A DNA stretch of 64,000 nucleotides from Octopus sinensis (taxonomy: Eukaryota), in assembly GCF_006345805.1 (NCBI RefSeq), contig NC_042997.1, positions 149,854,001 to 149,918,000 on the forward strand. Reading direction: 5' to 3'. The stretch's first letter is position 1; each line of letters starts with the position of its first letter. A model generated the notes under the pieces. That model made no database searches. It was not told the DNA's origin and saw only the letters and a list, made by a program, of their open reading frames with translations. Shown in pieces: positions 26,330 through 41,090 of this stretch. The position numbers and the translations under genes were made by a program.

Positions 26330-28090
26330 ACAGAAATACCAAAATTGCACACTGTTTCTTTGTGGATGACTTACACTTTATGCAAAGAATATGCATGAAA
26401 TGAAAAAGAGCCTTGACCTGTTACAATATTGTCAAAGGATGTAGGGTAGAAGTTTGATCAGGATAAATGCTGTTATATGGTTGTGAAAAAGGGGAAAACT
26501 ATAAACCGGACTAGTAACATCTCCATCAATGATTTGACTGTTTGGCTTGTATCTAGGGGTGGATGAAAATTTATCTTATAATGGTACATGTGACAAAACA
26601 CGTGTCGCTAAAGAATATTACAACCGAATAAAGAAAATTTGGACTTCAGAACGCTCTGCATTCAATAAAACAGTGGTCCACAATGTGTTTGCAGTGCCAG
26701 TACTCATACTAACATTTGGGCTGCTTGATTCGACTCTTGAAGAGATTCGCGCTGTTGATGTGAAAACCCGAAATATAATAACAGGTACACATAATTTCCA
26801 CATAAACAGTGACGTAGACCTCTTCTACCTGAAGCGAAACAAAGGCGGTAGAAGCTTAACATTGATCCACTTTCCCTTTGAATGTCTCATCATATCTCTT
26901 CGGCAACATCGTTTAACCACCAAGTGTCTAACTGCATCCCTTCCCAAAGCTTGCATACATGATGCTGATAACATCATAAGACTTGGAAGGCAACTAGAAT
27001 ACATGTCCAAAGAAGTAGCGCGACTCTACCGCAATGTATCCTGAAATGAAAGGATACATATATATGTTAGTAGAAAGCTCTGTGATGATAGCAATACCAA
27101 ACATCAAAGCAGTTTATTGTGGACCAATAGCCGGATTACTACCTCCCACATTGAAGGGTATGCGATTGCAATCCAGGAACAGGTAATATCAACCAAGTAA
27201 CTGATGCACAAAAGGGACAGAGATGCTGGAAAAGCCGTAAAATGTGACAACCGATGCAGACTTTGTGGGGTTCACACTGACGTTATCATCCACATAATAA
27301 GCTGTTGTCTGCAAAGGTCATCACATTATTATCTACCGATGAGACATGATGTTGTAGCTAGGACACTCTATAATGAAATCTGTCAGAAGGATAATCCCGA
27401 GGACAAAGAAATAAGAACCCACAATAAAGTAGAAGCCACAACCACTAATAATAAAAAGGAATACTGGTAGAATGAACCAGTGAAGACCTCTATAAAATTT
27501 AAGTACGACAGGCCTGATTTGGGATAGAGAAGAGAAACTATGCACAGTTGTGGAAATTAGCTGCCCAGCTGATGTTAGCATAAATCTGAAGATCAGTGAA
27601 AAAGAGAATACCTACGCTGAACTATTGAGAAATCAGAAGTTACAGTATCCGGATTACAAGTTCAGTTTAATTATTGAGGCACTGGGATATGTAACACACT
27701 GCCTAAATACCAATCTGGAGAAATTAGGCTTCTCAAAACCAGAGGGAAGAAAGCTAATTCGAAGACTACAAATCCAATCCATCACTGGAACTGTATAAAT
27801 CTGTAAAACTTTCCAGAAGCTTATCATTTAGATATATATGAGCATGTCTAGATTTGAAACTATGCATGAGAATACATGCATAAAAATACAAATCTGCACA
27901 TACATGCATCCATACATACATACATACATACATACATACATACATACATACATACATACATACATACATACATACATACCTTGTTTTGATGTTGAAATTT
28001 CAGTGAAGGAGCCTTGGATCTAGGCAAGAAACCAGTTCTTTCTCTATTGGCATGATATCTTGAAATAAACTGAATAATGACACATAGATA
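26330..28090 (+). mobile_element. Decayed R4/Dong-like non-LTR retrotransposon (RT C-terminal half, CCHC finger, restriction-like endonuclease)
   Basis: HCFFVDDL (RT catalytic motif), YLGV, GGRSL, CRLC..HIISC..RHD zinc knuckle, RPD and EISCP..K..Y endonuclease motifs; many stops and frameshifts; (TACA)n near the 3' end. Confidence 0.8.
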
Positions 28091-29327
28091 CGTTTGTATG
28101 ATTTTGACAAGATGATAAGTGTGAAACAGATTTACGCTTTTAAACAACATACATTATCAACAATACATACAACAATATATATAATTTACTTATCTATAAA
28201 TCATTCTTGTCATGTCCCATATTTTATTGCTGTGAAATTTTACAAACAACCCTATGCATACACTCACACACATGTGTACAGATATATACATATATGTGTG
28301 GGTGTATGTAAGTACAATACACATACTTGCTATTGTTTTCTGCTTTACTACTCGATCAGCTATCCACAGAACCCTCTTTAATGTGCGGGGGATTGGTTCC
28401 GTGCTCCCACGAACAGCCAAAATATTAGTTACACATTCTTCAACTACTGTTCAACCGACGCTGTAAATCTTCAGTTACATCTTCATTTTATTTTATCGTA
28501 CATTCTTTTATAATTATATGAAAGAGGGTACGACATTAATCGTAGTTGTCATTTCTATTCATATCTTTTAGTTTGTGTTTTTATATTTTTATCTTCACCC
28601 CCAAGGCTGGTAAATAATGGAGTTATTGGCTCGTCGGATAAGAATAACTTCCGGTAATCGTTCCGCTTCATGCAGTTCGATTCATTCTGGGGTTAGCACT
28701 TCCTTGCAAACCTTTGGGCGTCAATAAATAAAGCAATAGATAAAGCCCTCGTCCAACACTAACGTTGATTTATTTTCTCTCTTACGGATTTTATTCTCAT
28801 TCAAAAATTCACTTCAATCTGCTTTAAGAATTGCTTTGGAGATATTCGTGTCTGTGGACTATCAAACTACTAAGACGTTAATTTTATACTCCAGAATTCT
28901 GTAGATTGAAAAAATTAATAATCTTCTTTGTAACCGACGGAGAATCCATTACGTCTATTTATACTTTCAGCTTTGTTTATGATTATTTATTTATTTATTT
29001 ATTTTGCTGTTATGAGAAATACAAACACTGTTATGGAATAAAACAACTCACTAAAAAAAGAAACAACTGAAAATATAATAAATGCATGACTTTGTCAAGA
29101 AATATCTACATGTGTCACTTGTCATATGTCACCTTATACACATTTTATTGCTCGGGGGTCGGATCTCTTACTGAATTCATATTCTCCAGTGTATAAAAAC
29201 AAATATGTATGAGTGTGTGAAGTTTCATGTATGTATGCTCGCAGACACATTTATATACACATACGCACGCATACGCACATGCACACACTAACTATAAAAA
29301 ACAGCATATTTTCAAATAGCAAATAAC

Positions 29328-29330
29328 AAC

Positions 29331-29413
<83 letters not shown>
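29328..29413. repeat. (AAT)n microsatellite
   Basis: Direct reading. Confidence 0.95.
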
Positions 29414-29416
<3 letters not shown>

Positions 29417-29901
29417 CACGGGGCGATAGTTGCAGGGGACGTTACAAGGTCAAGTTACTAGAACGGTAGTGAGGTGTTCTACGCAGAGTCAAATTATGTA
29501 CAAACAAAAAAATATATACAATATAATAAAAAAAATATACATGCAAACTAATGATAAAAAAAAAAGAAACAATAATTTCTAATATGTAATATTAATAAAT
29601 AATTCCACAATGAACGGAAAGAAATTAACGCCGAGTTTTCTCTCGAACTTCTGTCGAGCTAACATTGTTGGCTTTTGCTTCCGTTTGATGTGTAAGTCAA
29701 CACCGACAAATAACTGTGATAACTGTAAATGTCAGTGTTAGTCATTCTAATTAGTGGATCTTGTTTCTTCTGTGTTTTAATCTTTTCATGTTACTCTTTT
29801 TACACTTCCTATGTCATATACGAATATTTTAATTTGTCTCACACTCGTCTATCGGAACAAACTCCTCAGATTTTGCTTTGATTTCTTTTGTTTGTGCTTA
29901 A

Positions 29902-29986
<85 letters not shown>

Positions 29987-30790
29987 CATACATACACACA
30001 TTTTCTCTTTAGCTTTATCTTTCGTTCCTTCTATGCCTTTTACTGCTGCTTATTATTGTGGTTACTTGTTTATTTTTTCTGCAATTTCTTTTTATGTATT
30101 TTAACACCTCATTAATTTTAACACTGGTAAATTCTTATAAACTTTACATTAGCAGCAAATGTTTTAATTTTATATTAATTTCTTTATTCTTTTTGTCATT
30201 TTACCAGAGTGCAGTATATTTGTTGAGCGTGTATGTGTGCTTATTAAAAGAGTCATAGTTACTGCTTTATACGGTGGCTGAATCATTGAAGTGTTAGATC
30301 TAAAGTATTGCAAGAAATCAACTTTGCTTTTCATATTCTGTCGATAAATAAATTAAAGCTCAGACTGTCGGATTGGCAGAATTGCAAGCCAATCGGACGG
30401 AGTGATTTGTAGGATCTTTATCTGTTTCTTTGCCTTCTGGAGACACCAGTTAGCATGGAATTGCTACCAAGACTTCGGCGATTGTTTTCATTTGAACAAG
30501 GAAATGTGTGTACAATGTAGAAGTGAGTGCAAACTTGGTCTTTGATATTCCATGGTGAATAGAAAATCTTGACAATGTTTGCATATTACAAAGAAATATT
30601 CCAGATGATAATCAATAGTCTCACGAGACATGCAGGTCACGTATGGCCATATGCTCATGAACGCTTGCGCACACAAACGCGCGCCGAGTCACACATACAA
30701 ACACGCAAACACATAAACGGAGAGAGCGTGTGTGTAAAAGACGAAAATACATTCTTATGCATGTGGTGTGAGTCACATGCACATATATGA

Positions 30791-30911
<121 letters not shown>

Positions 30912-31716
30912 TTTGTGTGTGTGTGCGTCTGGTCTGTATATATTTTCCTTATGCATTCGAAAACTGTGTTGTTGATTTTGATGTATGGGGTATCAACAGA
31001 CTCAGTAACCTTTCGCTGCCAAGTAAAGTTTATTTCCATTGATATATTCCCTACATTATCTCAACAACCAGCAATAGTTATTTGAAATACAATGCTCTAC
31101 AATGAGCAGGTTTCGTTACAAATAGTTTCACACTTTCAGTTTGAAGCAAAATTACTGCGTTCCATTATGAGAGTGCCAGTGTGTAAATAATGAAAGTAAT
31201 TTTTCTCCAAATTAGTCACATTTGTACTATAATAGAGAAAGCTGCTTATCCTCTCACAAATAATCTGTTTCTGGCAGAACAACTCTTTTTCTCTTTTTTA
31301 CTCGTAAAATAACCTCAGAGACGAGGTCGGGTCGGACAATTTCGAGGTCATTTTCGGATAATATTTCGATTTGCTTTCAATGTTTTACTTTCTTTCAATG
31401 GTTCACGCATGCGTAGACTGCTACTCAAATATTTCTGAAAAAGTAGGCAAAAATATTGTATTAAGATATGCTACAACCAAAACCTTTCATTAGAACACAT
31501 CCATTTCTCTATAAGTTATAATGAAATACAATCACTCACTCTCTTTCTCATATGTACACGCATACGCCCACATACATATAAAAAATATGTATTTGTGTAA
31601 GTGTATAGTATAGATAATGTGTATGTGTGACAGAGAGGGAGAGAGGGCGAGTGAATGCCACTTAATTATGCAAAAGTTTACATAAATGACAACACACACT
31701 TTCACCCACACACACA

Positions 31717-31765
<49 letters not shown>

Positions 31766-32899
31766 GCACACTTCTTCCTCTATTTCACTTTCTGCTCTCA
31801 TTTCAAAGCAAATGTCGCCTTTTCCCTTTCTCCTCTCTTTCAATGTTTGCTCTCTTCAATGCATAAAGAAAAAAAATTACGGAAATTAACGGACAATCAT
31901 GTGATCCCATATAATCGATCATATGATTGAGTTGGCAACTTTGCTGCTTCAAACGAAAGAATGTCATAAAATAAGTTCCTTTGATACACACACACACAAA
32001 CATACATGCACACACACGCACAGTGTAAAACATCTGTATGAATTATGTTATTTCATGCTGTGTGCACGCACAAAATTACAGCTCAAATCCAATTGAAATG
32101 ATTTTTTCTCTTCTGCATTTGTGTTTATGATGAGCGTATTTAAAACCCTGATCTTCGATATAAACTTAAAAGGAAGTTTTCCCAGAAATCCTGTCCTTTA
32201 CCTGTTGCTTCTAGCATGTCCGAGGTCACATTTTCGCTTCCCACAAACTTCTTTTCTCATACATTTCTTTCGATTCCTATATTTTCGATACAGGAGGTTA
32301 GAATTTCGCCCAAAAAACACATTCTCACAATGTTTTCTCGGACGAAAGTGAAACATTGTGTGATTTTAGCTTTTTGAAAGCTGGTAGGTGATGGGTGGGT
32401 GAGCTGGGGAAAGCAGCATTTAGTGTCTCTTTAAGAAAAATTAAACTTATAAAAATTTATTTATTTCCCAGATTCGTAATCTCTGGATTTTTCTACGTGA
32501 ATGAAAACAATTTTTTTAAAGCTACAAATTAAAAAATTGTAGTTGAGACGCGGCTAAATTAAACTTTTGAAGACGTGATTTCTGGGCAAAATTGTAGTAA
32601 CCCCCATTTATATGAAGAAACTATAATTAGTTTGTGATCCTTCTTAAGAACAAAAAGCACTTTCATGCAAATTGTAACCTCTCTGCTACACTTTTACACA
32701 AACAATAACTTCCATTACACTAGTAGTCCAGTTCACTATATAACAGCTGTTATATATTCTGCTGTTATATATAAGAAAGGAACAAATAATACAATGTGAC
32801 TGTACGTCATAGCAACCGAACAACGTCGGGGTGCAATGCTAGTATGTGTGCGTGTGTGTTTGTGTGTATGTATGTATGTATATATATATATATATATAT

Positions 32900-33339
32900 A
32901 TATGCTTCATGTGCTGAATTTTGCGGGCTGTGATTAAACATTTGCCGCACAGTTGCCACATTCTCTGCTGATCGGCATGTGGTTGGACGGCCACTTTTCT
33001 TGCATCATATACAGAGCCCGTTGTCATCAGCTTTGTATGAGAGCTTTTTATTGTCTCTGGGCGTAGTGTTGCATGTTTAATTTTGTATGCACGCCACCAT
33101 CTCTGAACCAAAGCAATGAAATTCTACACTTCATAGCATGCTGCTATCTTAAATTGCTCCTGAACAGTCAAACGCCCGGCTTTCGGAAAAAGAAGACATT
33201 AGAAACAAAACAATAAGAAAAGAAAAAAATTCCCCACTAGTGTTGTCTGTTTAAAAAAATATTTTCCTCATTACTTCAGTGATACTAATAATTCTCTAAG
33301 CAATTTCTAATGCCTAGTTACTTTTCACCCACCCTGTAT
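32900..33339 (-). mobile_element. Tc1/mariner-superfamily 5' remnant: terminal repeat plus N-terminal helix-turn-helix (DUF4817-like)
   Basis: TA-CAGGGTGGGTGAAAAGTAAC terminus; LTVQEQFKIAACYEV*...VQRWWR...TIKSSHTKLMTTGSVYDARK, then a frameshifted SGRP. Confidence 0.7.
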
Positions 33340-35387
33340 ATGTGTGTGTTTGCGCGCGTGTTTATCAGTTGAAATCGTGTTGAAACAGATACTGTATTTC
33401 GAGATAGTCATTTTTTCTTTTTGCTTTCTTGCCAAATAAACACAGGTACTATATATTTTCTTCACTCGTTTATTACTACTTTAAATTTTCAACCCATGTC
33501 CATTGTCTGGAAATCTTTCGTCACACATCTGTGACCTCTTCAACGGCACTTTTATATATTTGAATGAAGATGGGAATGGGAGCATTACCCTTGAAGCTTT
33601 CTTTTATGCAAGGCCCCAAAGACTGCTGGATGTAGGCTATCATGAAACCAGTCGCACAATCCAAATACATGCAAAGGAATAAAATTTGCTCGAATCATCT
33701 ACGGACCAGGTTGTGGGTTTAAACCGTGAGACTGATTATGTCCAACACCCTAGGCTTCGGGCGTAAATGTTCGAAACAAATATCGCAAGGTATCTCATAA
33801 AATGTTCTGCCAATTCCATCCAGTTACCGACCCTGGACTGTCCCCTTATTTTATCAACCTCAAAAGAGGACTAAAAGTAAATATTAGCCCTTAGATATTT
33901 AAACCCTGAATAATGAATTAGCAGGCAGCTTTCGAGCGTTTATGTCAGTTTGCCCTCTATTAGCGGCGAAATGGTATTGAATACCTCGTATTTGATATCG
34001 ACTCCCAGCAGTCGATGCTCAAATCATGCCGAAGGTAATGATTACATTTTCAGAATCGGGGAAAATAAGTGGCATCCGTAGGAAAGGAAATAGAGTAACT
34101 CTAAGAATGCCAGGCCGTATGCCTTCATTTATATCTTCAGGATCTCTGCTCTCTGAGTGAAATTCCACCAAGGAGCTTTAAGAGAAGGCTTACAAAACCT
34201 TACTAAGTAAGGTAACTCCTCGAAAGCAATGCCAGCACAATATATTTGCTGTTGGGCACAGATAAGAGAGTGTTCCAGAGAGAGAGAGAGATACAGAGAG
34301 TCATGTGCCCTGGGGAACGAATGAATGAATACATATGAGTGTGCATGTATGCGTGTATATCTGAATGTGTGTGTGTGTGTGTGTGTGTGTGTTTTTGTGT
34401 GTGTTTGTTTGCTTGTGTGCATGTGTTTAGTTGCTTGAACTTTAAGTCGAAAAAGCCTCCTTCAGTCACTTAATGATGAACATGTCAATATGGATTTGAC
34501 ATTGAAACAATATAGTGCAATGATACTCGAATAACTAACGTAAGGTCGTTTCCAAACAGAGCAGCCTCTGTCCTACAGACTGCTGAGAGATTCCTCTTCG
34601 TTTTCTACCGATAACACAGTTCTCCTTGATTGCAGCTGCGTTTATACCAACCCATACACACTGTAACACTGAACCAGTAGTTTCTTCTGTTTACCTCACA
34701 TATATCGTTTTACTTCTGCAGGCTTTCCTTTACCCATTTCTCCACCAATATCTACTACTCCTAACAACAATTCACCCGGAATTTCTTCTTTCCCTCAGTT
34801 TTTTTCCTATAGCCGTCATATCTTAATTGTACGTCACATCGATCACACACACATACACACTCGCACTCGCACGCACACGCACCTACTCCACACACACTCA
34901 CAAGAGTGGAAACCTTACGTGGTCAAATCTTTCTATAGTCTGCTTTACAAGACTGTTCGAGAAATATTTTTCGATTGTCATCAGCGAGTGAAAATTATAG
35001 AAAATATTCAGAAAGCAAATAAAGGGGACCTTATCTCTAAAGAATATTGATGAAAACACTGATCATATTTCAAGCTTGCTCAATATCTCAGCACCGAAAT
35101 ATATTCGCTTCAATTGGATTCACAAAGAGGTGATCATTGTCTATAGAAATAAGGGAACTGTACAGACGGTTATTATCAATATCGACCATAGAGCTGGTAT
35201 AAAATACAAAAGGGTATCATCTATTGTTCAAATATATATAAGGTAGACTCTTATATAATTAATATAGCTTAAAATCTTCGATTTTAAACGGTTATTTTTA
35301 ACATATGCTAGTAAACCGAAGGCAGAAAAACGCAGGTTTTAATTGATACGTGAACTCCTGCATATGCATAGGATGTATGAATAAGTG

Positions 35388-35437
<50 letters not shown>

Positions 35438-35579
35438 TAAGTAGTTGAATGAATTATCCTAGTATGGATAATTCGGTTAACCGATACGCGGGTAGCAAAT
35501 TTACGTCAGAAAGCACGGTTGAAGCTACATGCCAAGGGCAGAAATCACGTGCTTTCGTGTGAAAATTTGTGTGTTTTTT

Positions 35580-36960
35580 TACTATAGATAAATGAAAGAA
35601 TGGAGTCGAACGGCGATTTAACAAAATTCCTTTATTCTCGACATATGTTTCGAAGACTGCATATTCCAAATTCCGAAGGAATAAAGGGTGCATTATGCCG
35701 TCTTCTCATCAGGAAAGACAAGGAACTTATGTCAGCATCATGACGAACAAACACTTTTAAATGACTGCCCACACGGAGTCCATAGTGATAATGAGTGTTT
35801 CTTTAAAATATTCCGTTATAAGCAGTGACGTCAAAATTCGTTGGATGGATAAGATTCTAAGAATTTCAAGAGTTCAAAAATGGTTGGAAGGGGAAAGATC
35901 TAAGAATAGGGGGGTGACAGAGTTCAAGTCGTATGTATGGTGATGCGTTGTTGTTTGCTTCTGCCAATGAGATTGAGTGCCTATGTGTGTGTATGTATAT
36001 AACTGCATTCGTGTCTATGTGTGTGTATGTGTGTGCGTGATTGTTTGTGTGGGGGGATAAATGCCAAATACCTCTAGTGGTGAAGTTGCAGGTTTGTGTC
36101 TGTGTGTTTGATTGTGCTTATGATAGAGAGAGGGAGAGAGGGGGTAGAGGTAGAGAGACAAAGGTAGAACATACCCCAACGAATTTGGTAGTAGGCCTTC
36201 AAGTAACGGAGTATAAAAAATTTTTTGTCTATGGTGTTGTTGTAGATGTGGAACCAAATTATTAAATTCAAGGAGGTTATCTATATTAATCATCATTCAT
36301 ATGAGTGGAAGGTGTGTTTCTGCCAGTGCATGCATCTATAGGATTTTTCTACCATTGTGTTTACTAAAGGGAATTTGGCGAAAAGTATATCGAAAAGCTC
36401 GGAATTACAGACGGCACAATATTTTTCTGCCCTTATCAAAAGGATAGGATACAGACAATATGGACCATTCCAGCTTGAAAGTTATATTGCTGTCCTTAAG
36501 ACGCCAAACTAATTTACTTAGTCCTGTTCTTTGTTGTTTCCTCTTATCTCGGAAAGTTGAATAATGATTGGAAATCCTCTGGGATAATTTAGAAGTCGCC
36601 CCAACATAGAAGAAGACACCGGTACCGGAAGAAATCCTACACTGGTAAATGGAATTTCTAATTTTGGAATTACTGGACAACAACTTTAATCTGTTAGGGT
36701 TTATCTCCGAGACTAAGACGGAGTTTTTATTGTTATGATTGCTGTTAATATAACTGCTAGCACTGACCACTATACTATTTCTATTATTGTTATTATTATT
36801 AATTGTACTATCGCCTGTAATATCCCTGACTATAGAAATGCTGCCGTTGTTATCATCAATACTACCACTGTTATTAGAAATACTGTCGTTGTTACCACTA
36901 ACACTACCACTGTTAATAATCCGTCTAATATTATTATTAATATTACCACTGTAAATGCCA
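35580..36960 (-). mobile_element. 5'-truncated Penelope-like element with C-terminal GIY-YIG (possibly Hydra-clade type) and hammerhead-bearing pseudo-LTR
   Basis: SIYQCRI...FYVGAT..RISNHYSTF...TGLSKLVWRLK...WSIL...CRL, continuing after a frameshift as NSE..IL...LVN..E...CMH; 5' end in (TA)n. Confidence 0.75.
35635..35716 (-). ncRNA. Type I hammerhead ribozyme with intact catalytic core
   Basis: tttc CTGATGA gaagac-g-gcata...tatgc-a-gtcttc GAA AC-atat-GT C gaga; GUC cleavage triplet, predicted cut between 35640 and 35639. Confidence 0.8.
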
Positions 36961-37005
<45 letters not shown>

Positions 37006-37234
37006 TGTGTGTGTTTGTGTGTGTATGTGTGTGTGCATACATACATGCATGCATATACACATGAGTGTTATACACTCTGGAATAGATAGTAGCTTTTGTC
37101 TACATTGAGTTCTCTAAAATTCAGACATGGTGTTTGTTTTCTTATAATAAGAAATATATTTTTACATTACTAATAAATATAAATACACCTGCATACACAT
37201 AGCCACAGAGATACACACATATGCATACATATAT

Positions 37235-37318
<84 letters not shown>

Positions 37319-37348
37319 AAAGGAGACAAATAAAAAGAAAGAAAAAAA

Positions 37349-37396
<48 letters not shown>

Positions 37397-40300
37397 AAAA
37401 GAAAGAAGAAAGAAAGAAGAACGAAAGATGAAGGAAAGAAAGAAGCAGAATATATGAGTTGGGATGCAAATAAATAGGTAGAATATGACCTGAGGTCCAA
37501 AAGAGAGAAAAAGATGTAAATCGGTTGGTGACTTAAAGAAACTGAGACATCATAAAGAAGAAAGTTAATATAATATAGAAGTAGAGTTAAAAAAGCCCAT
37601 AGAGAGAAAAGAAATGGATTTGACAGGAAGCTAATATGGCAGCTAGCAGGATATATGTTAGTAACATTTAACTTCATAATTGATGTATCGCTGCAATCTC
37701 ATATTAGCTTTGTTATTTACTAGAGAATTTCGTATGTGACTGTTGTTTATGCGGTTTTTCTTTAGCACAAAATAAAAATCTGATTGAACATGTTTATGTA
37801 TGATCAAAGGCAATCCAACCATGACTATCTCAGCTTTTTAAGGATATGTAGAGCTACGTTATTAAATTGTACAAGATTATTATCTGAAGTTATCTATTTT
37901 TTCATTGGCAACTGTGTATCATATTTCATAACTATTTTGTGTTTCTCTTAGTACTTCTTTGCTTGTATGGCCAACTCTGCTTTGCCACGGTCGCAGATAT
38001 GTTTCTGATATTACATAAAAGTACACCATACTTGTCGAAAGGATGAAAATAATATTTTTCTGTATTAAGGATAATCATTAGATTTGAACAGAGAATATTA
38101 ATTTTAATGATTGAAATTTCTGATTAATTTTCTTTCTTTCCATGTGCAGTAATAATCTATTTTTTAATTTGTTGCAAAATAATTGATTTTGTGTTTTGTT
38201 AAGACAAACGAAGAATATGAAAAATTATCCGAATTAATACTTGCGCTGGTGCCATCCTATGTCACTTGTAAACAGATTTTATAATGCAGGCAAAATGTGA
38301 ATTCGTTAGGTTCGGGATAATTTCAACGGAAGAGTAGTTTAAATGGTATACTGTAGTTTTTGCTGTCTCTCACTCTCATCAACAATCCAACAAAGGCCAT
38401 TAAGAAGTCACTGAATCAAATACTAGTTATGTTGCCCGAATACACTACTTTTCTATGAAACTCAGCTTTGTGTCTAAGGGAGAAAAATATATTTATTAGT
38501 GGTAAATCTGAAGAAAATGGCGTTTAAATTTATGTGAGATTTATGTTATTTGTGCCTTCATTTCATCAAGAAATATTTAGTTTCGAGATGGTCACAAAGA
38601 GAAATGGTATCGATTCAGTTAATCAAAGTCATTACTAATGTCCATGGAAACATACAATTACGTGTATTCCATAGAAAGCTAGTGTGGCAAAATTAACGCT
38701 GCCTAATTGGATGAGGATTCTAGAATAACGAACCACACCCAATGACGAACAAGAACTTGATCTGTACTGACAAAAAGGAAAAATCATTGTTTATGAAGCA
38801 AGAAAATCAATTCCAGTGATTGAAATTTGAGGTTAATTTTGTTTGATTTAATGTGCAGCACAATATACTGTAATATTATATTTTTCAATTTGCTGTAAAA
38901 TAATTTAAGTTCTTTTACGTTAAAAAATGAAGGATATCAATAATTGTCTGAAATAATCCTTCAGTTGACGCCTTCGTACATCTTATAAATCGATTTTAGA
39001 AGCGCTCAGTCAGATGTTTGGTGTTTCATTTGACATCTGAATTAAGAACGGTAGCAATGTATGAAGTGACCCATTGAGATATAATCGAGTATGAAATAAA
39101 CCAAGTTATCACGAAGAACATAAATATTTAGGTTATTAAAAAATATTTTTGAAAATACATTAGAGATTACGTAACACTTTTGATATCCTTCATTTTGAAA
39201 GCATTAATCAGCAGTCAATTAGGGATTCAGCTTGTCTAAGAAAATGAGCTCCATTTCAGTTCAGATATTTAACTTGGAAGAATTCCTTTGTAAAGTCAAT
39301 ATTACTTTCATTCTGTCAACACCTTGAATTTCATTGGGAGAAATTTCAGTCGCACCAAGGTGTCTCATGTCAGCGTGTCTACTTTGATTTACTGTCAAAA
39401 AAGAAGCTGTGAATGATACTTATATTTCTACAGTTTAAATGCTATGGATACAGTGAAAAGTATTCGGAATAAGATATAATTTATCGAAGCTGTTCTAAAT
39501 GTCAAATGTTTACAATAGAAATTATAATTAAACACTATGATTTCACCAGTGTTATTGGCGAGTAAACTCCTGAAAAGACCAAATCTAATATAAAACTACT
39601 TGAAGCACGTATTTTCGTAATATGAAACACAAACATCTGTGATTGTAATGTGGAAGAGCTAAATGCCCACTAAGCAACATTTTTTTAAAGGAACGATAAA
39701 GTGAAATTGGTGACGTTAATCTTATTAGATGTATACAATGTTTTGGTCGAAATTTGTGCTTCTTTTTTTTTTATTCTGACTTCATTCATAATTAGCTATT
39801 TTGTTGGACAAAAAGCAAAGGAAAATTACGTTCAAATGATCAGAAAATGCGATGTTGTGGACTATTATACAAAAAAATAAGAAAGAGGTCAGACAAGTAT
39901 CACGTCCCTCTGAAAGCGTTACGTGAGGACATATGATTTTCAGGCGCGACAAAAGTCAACAACTCTTAGAGAGAAGTGTGATTATGGAGAGAAGAGTTAG
40001 AAGATTTGCTTGAATTTTAAATTATATTTAATAGTGGAGTCGTGTTAACGACTGGACAACTAACTAGAAAACAAGTCATCGATTAAATATATATTTTCAT
40101 TCCTTCGACAGTTATAGAAGGTTTTAATATTATTAAACAAACCCGAGCACCAAATAGATTTAAATATATTTACCAACGCTGTTATGAGAAACTCACTAAG
40201 TAAATATAAAAATGTATATTTAAAGAAGACGCGGGAGGCGAAACATATGTATTAGACCGAGAGGTCTAATAAATATGTTGAGCTTTTTTGCTTGTTCTGA

Positions 40301-40454
40301 TTTTCCTTCTGTATTTTGTTTATCCACTTTTTCTTTCAGAATTCAACTAATACATTTATGTACGCTTCTTTGTTAAATACCATTACGCCTTCCTTTAAAT
40401 TTTCATCTTTAATTTTAGTTATTTTCGCAGTAGCAATATTAGGTTTTTCTTAAT

Positions 40455-41090
40455 GTAGCGAGCTGACAGAATCGTTAACTGACCGACTTAGCACTCTCAC
40501 TAAGCTCCTGGCCTTGTGCCAAAATTTGAAGCCAACATTAGGTTTGTCTGAAGGCGGAGAGCTGGCAGAATAATTAGCAGGCCAGTGATTAGCGACATTT
40601 TGTCCATCTTTACTTTCTGAGTTCCAGTTCCGTCGTGGTTGACTTTACCTTTCAACCCTTCGGGTTCGATTAAATAAGTACCAGTACAACACTGGTGTCG
40701 TTGCAATCGACAAATACCCTCCCCGGAAATTGTTAGCCTTGTGCTAAAATTTGAAGCCACTATTCATGTCTTGATTTTAAAGACCACCCCGCTACCCCCA
40801 CTTCATTAATAACAATAGCGTGAATGTATATATAACATATGTCAGATGTGATAGCGAGCAGCCCACTCAATGAATTATAGTTTAACTGAGCATTCCGCTT
40901 ACATTTCCAACATTAACGTAACCGTCAGTATTTCTCTGTCGCTACATTCTGAGTCCAAATACCGCTGAGGTCGACTTTGCGTTTCATCCTTTCGGGGTCG
41001 ATATATTAAGTACTAGTTACGCACAGGGGTCGATCTAATCAACTAGCCCCGTCGCCAAAAATTTCAAGCCTTGTGCCTTTAGTAGAAAGG
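40455..41090 (+). mobile_element. Cluster of three SINE family A copies (40455-40535 internally deleted, 40553-40763, 40925-41090)
   Basis: GAGCTGGCAGAAT head, CTGAGTTC, CCTTTCA.CC.TTCGGG.TCGAT..ATAAGTAC core, GCCTTGTGC tail. Confidence 0.75.

Noticed and set aside
27998-28042. Hammerhead-like GTGAAGGA gcct..aggc AA GAAACCAGTTC after the R4-like element
   Set aside because: Core does not match CUGANGA and stem I is not evident; worth rechecking only on a family consensus
32737-32756. 20-bp perfect palindrome TATATAACAGCTGTTATATA
   Set aside because: Short, AT-rich and partly duplicated locally; no further structure
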